Below are positions 61,401 through 64,000 of a stretch of DNA of 64,000 nt, piece after piece. The first letter of the stretch is position 1. Each line of letters opens with the position of its first letter. The stretch comes from Squalus acanthias (Eukaryota). A model generated the notes under the pieces. It saw only the letters and a list, made by a program, of their open reading frames with translations, did no database searches and was not told the origin of the DNA. The stretch is taken from assembly GCA_030390025.1 (NCBI GenBank), contig CM059431.1, positions 145,640,001 to 145,704,000 on the forward strand. Direction: 5' to 3'. A program made the position numbers and the translations under genes.

Positions 61401-62785
61401 CCTTGTGTAGGAGTCGGAGCAGAGGGGCTGCTGTGGCTGCGTAATCCTCAATGAAATCTCTGCAGTACCCAGTTAGCCCTAGAAAAGACCTTACCCCTGT
61501 AACTGTGTTGGGGGCTGGTAACTCCTGAACTGCTTCCCTTCTAGCTTTGTCAATGGCCCTCTCCCCTGCTCGCACAGCCAGGCCCAGGAATTTGACTTCC
61601 CGCTGGCCAATCTGTGCCTTCTTTAGGTTTACCGTAAAGCCCTCTTGCCTGAGCAGTTCCAGCAGTTCTGCCAGAAGGAGACCATGTTCCTCTCACTCAT
61701 CGGTAAAGAGGATTAGGCCGTCCACATACTGGACCAGCTGATGGGGCCTGCTGAAGCCCTTCAAGCAATTCACCATACATTGGGGAAACATGCTGGGCTG
61801 TTGTGGGAGCCCTAGGGCAGACAGTTCCATGTGGACGGTTGGCCTTTAAATGTAAAGGCGAACTTGTACTGATCCTTAGAGGGATGGACCAGAAACCGTT
61901 GGAAATATCCAGCACTGTAAAGGTGGTCGCAGATGCCGGGAAACTTCCAATGAGGTCGGCTACGGCTGCAACCGTGCGGGCACAGGCGGGGATGTTTCGG
62001 TTGAGTACTCGATAGTCTACTGTGGCCCTCCAGGATTTATCTGGTTTTCTAACCGGCCACAGTGGGGAGTTCACATGGGTAACTATAGATCTCAATATCC
62101 CCTGCTTGACTAAAGAAGTCAAAGCCGTTTCCAAGTCTGTCTAAGCTTCCCTGGGGAAGTTATACTGCTTTTGTGGGCGGTTCATGGGGTCCCCACTGAC
62201 ACTAACCTCGACCCCGGTTACACTCCCACAGTCGTGCTTGTGAGTGGCAAATGCTGCGAGGTTTTCCGGCACAAATGCCTGGTACTCCCTTGGAGTGTGA
62301 CTGACCATGAGTTCTAGGTCGTAACCATCCTTTGGTTTTACTGTGCACAAGGTCCCCTTGCCTTGTGCCTCCGGGATGACTGCTACCTCACTACTATTTT
62401 GGGTACATGCTCCCCATAGACAGTGGTTCCTTAAATCCACTAAAATCCTGTGGCCTGTGATAAAGTCGGCCCCCAGGATCCCCTTCCCTTCTTGCTCCCA
62501 CTTCATTAGGACACAGGTCCACTTGGTGTGGAGCGTTCACAAATGAATGGACAGCGGGATGGAGAATGAGCCAGCCTGCTCGTTACCTGTGAATCCCACT
62601 AGGCTGCACGGGACCCCGTTATACAGAGGTGAATTGGCTGGGTTATCTGAATAAATGAGGGTGCTCGAAGCTCCTGTGTCTAACAGATAGTTCCCTTCTA
62701 CCTTTTCTACCTCCATCTTAACATGCGGTATCTTCCAGGCATCATACTCGAGGGGACACAGGTAGACCGGCTGTGCTAGCTCCAG
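58454..62785 (-). pseudogene. pol: ERV pro-pol (protease, RT, tether/degenerate RNase H, RNase H, integrase with GPY/F and long C-terminal extension)
   Basis: PR LLDTGASS (DTGA 62669-62680) and ILGADF. RT YVDG (61717-61728; YVDD mutated). FFLEVAASGDSLSTVLLQ (degenerate RH). EIYVDGSS..AQQAEL..ICSDS..KAHS..GNHQAD (RH). GHPG..CLVC, VDYIG, SDQGSHF, ERLNRTIK (IN), YMGPY. 934-aa uninterrupted ORF at 58771-61575; stops and frameshifts in PR/RT. Confidence 0.92.
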
Positions 62786-64000
62786 TCATGCCTCTGGGTT
62801 GAATGGGGCAGATGGGATCAGAGCGCCAGTGGCTGTAGCCACCTTCCCTGGGCCACAAACAGGACTCTGATGGCCACTACTATTATGTCCAGTGTGAGGG
62901 AAGACGTCGGAGCCTCTACTTTTGGGGCAGGAGTTGGGGACTTCTTTGCTAGGCTCTCCTTCCAGGGATTCCTACAGTCCTTTCTCCAGTGCCCAGTCTT
63001 CCCGCACCCGAAGCAGCTACGCTTCGTGTCGGAAGGTTTACCACCTTCCTGGTGCCACTCCTTCTTATCCTGACTGGGCTTTATCTCATGCACCTTCCCT
63101 TTCGGTGGGGTGTCTTCATCTCCCCTAACGTTCCAGTAGGCTAGTGTCAGTTGCCTGACCACTGCCTCCTCGGTGACCCGGGGCTATCTTGGGTCAAACC
63201 AAAGCTCAGCCTTGGCTTTGACTCGTGGCAAGCTGTTTGCCACTACTCTACGGAGCCAGTGGGCCAGCTCGTCCCGGTTCAGGTAAGCCCTGTCGAGAGC
63301 CCCATTACAAGCACCCCTGTACACCGGCCACAGCCTGTCTGCGAAAACCTGTTGGGTCTCCCCTGCGAGCTGCACTGTTTTCTCCACCCGGGAGAAAGGA
63401 CATCCCTCAGTCATTCCCATGGCCTCTAATACTTCCTCCCTGAAGGCAGCATACCCGGTCTGTCCTCCCTTGCTCTCAGTAGAGAGTGACTGGTACAATT
63501 TGCCATCTAATGAGAACAAGAGCAATTTTGCCATATCGGCATCGTCAATCGTTAATGGCTCCTGATTGTTCCACCTCCATGAAGTGGACTGAGGGGTCTT
63601 CCTTTTGGGTAAGTTTACTCAGGTGGCTTACCATAGCCCTAAGCTGTTGTGTACCGTGGGGAGCCAAGAATTGACTTTCAAGGGGTCCCTGACCTCCACC
63701 ACCGGCGTGCGGGCCGAATTTTTGCTGTCGTGCTGGGCACATTGGCCCTGGCTCCGACTTCTCGTGCATCGATTCGCCCCCCTCTCCCTGCTGCCAGAAC
63801 GAGTCAAAACTCGGCGCCACAGGTGCTGGTGTGCACTCCCTGTCAGCCTCACAGATTGACTGCACCTCCTGCTGCCTAACCAAGCTTCTCCTTGGCGCCA
63901 CAGGTGGTGGTCGAACAGTCTCCCCCTGCTCTTCCAGGTCTGACCTGGCCGCACCCGGACTTATCAGGCACAGCATGCCTTTCGTCTTGGACAGAGCAAG
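62786..64000 (-). pseudogene. gag: ERV gag (capsid-like region, CCHC zinc knuckle, C-terminal PSAP); 5' end outside window
   Basis: Zinc knuckle CFGCGKTGHWRKDC (62974-63015); MHR-like QLAGETQQVFADRL; ...LIPSAPFNPEA* ending at TGA 62786-62788. Internal stops and frameshifts. Confidence 0.85.

Larger units (their letters stand above)
54679..64000 (-). mobile_element. Endogenous retrovirus, lokiretrovirus-like (gag-pro-pol-env-3'LTR); 5' part runs out of the window; multiply disabled
   Basis: Gene order gag, PR, RT, degenerate RH, RH, IN, env, PPT, LTR. Retrovirus-like RT motifs NSPLWPVRKPD, VDYRVLN, LDISNGFWSIP and QYVD(G). F-type env. Confidence 0.85.

Overview
Vertebrate genomic DNA, very probably from a shark or ray. 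The evidence is a SacSINE1/Deu-type SINE, dense CR1 LINEs and multicopy GPR139/142-like receptor genes. Most of the window is nested, decayed retroelements (two CR1-group families, L2, Vingi-like and Penelope-like fragments), MITEs and three minisatellites. Host genes are a + strand cluster of class A GPCRs of the GPR139/GPR142-like type: one intact two-exon gene (15838-17304), one two-exon copy with a single frameshift (38093-39798) and one heavily decayed copy (~6612-7340). A ~6.3 kb unit is present in three partial copies (1-6212, 47643-53949, 53950-54678). The last copy is interrupted by the most notable feature, a minus-strand endogenous retrovirus (54679 to beyond 64000). It carries gag (CCHC knuckle, PSAP), an in-frame TGA, then protease-RT-degenerate RNase H-RNase H-integrase, an env and a 1.09 kb 3' LTR. 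The env is not of the usual retroviral SU/TM type. It resembles a paramyxo/pneumovirus-type F protein, as described for lokiretroviruses, and here also carries an N-terminal immunoglobulin-like domain. All assignments come from motifs read by eye; no database search was possible.
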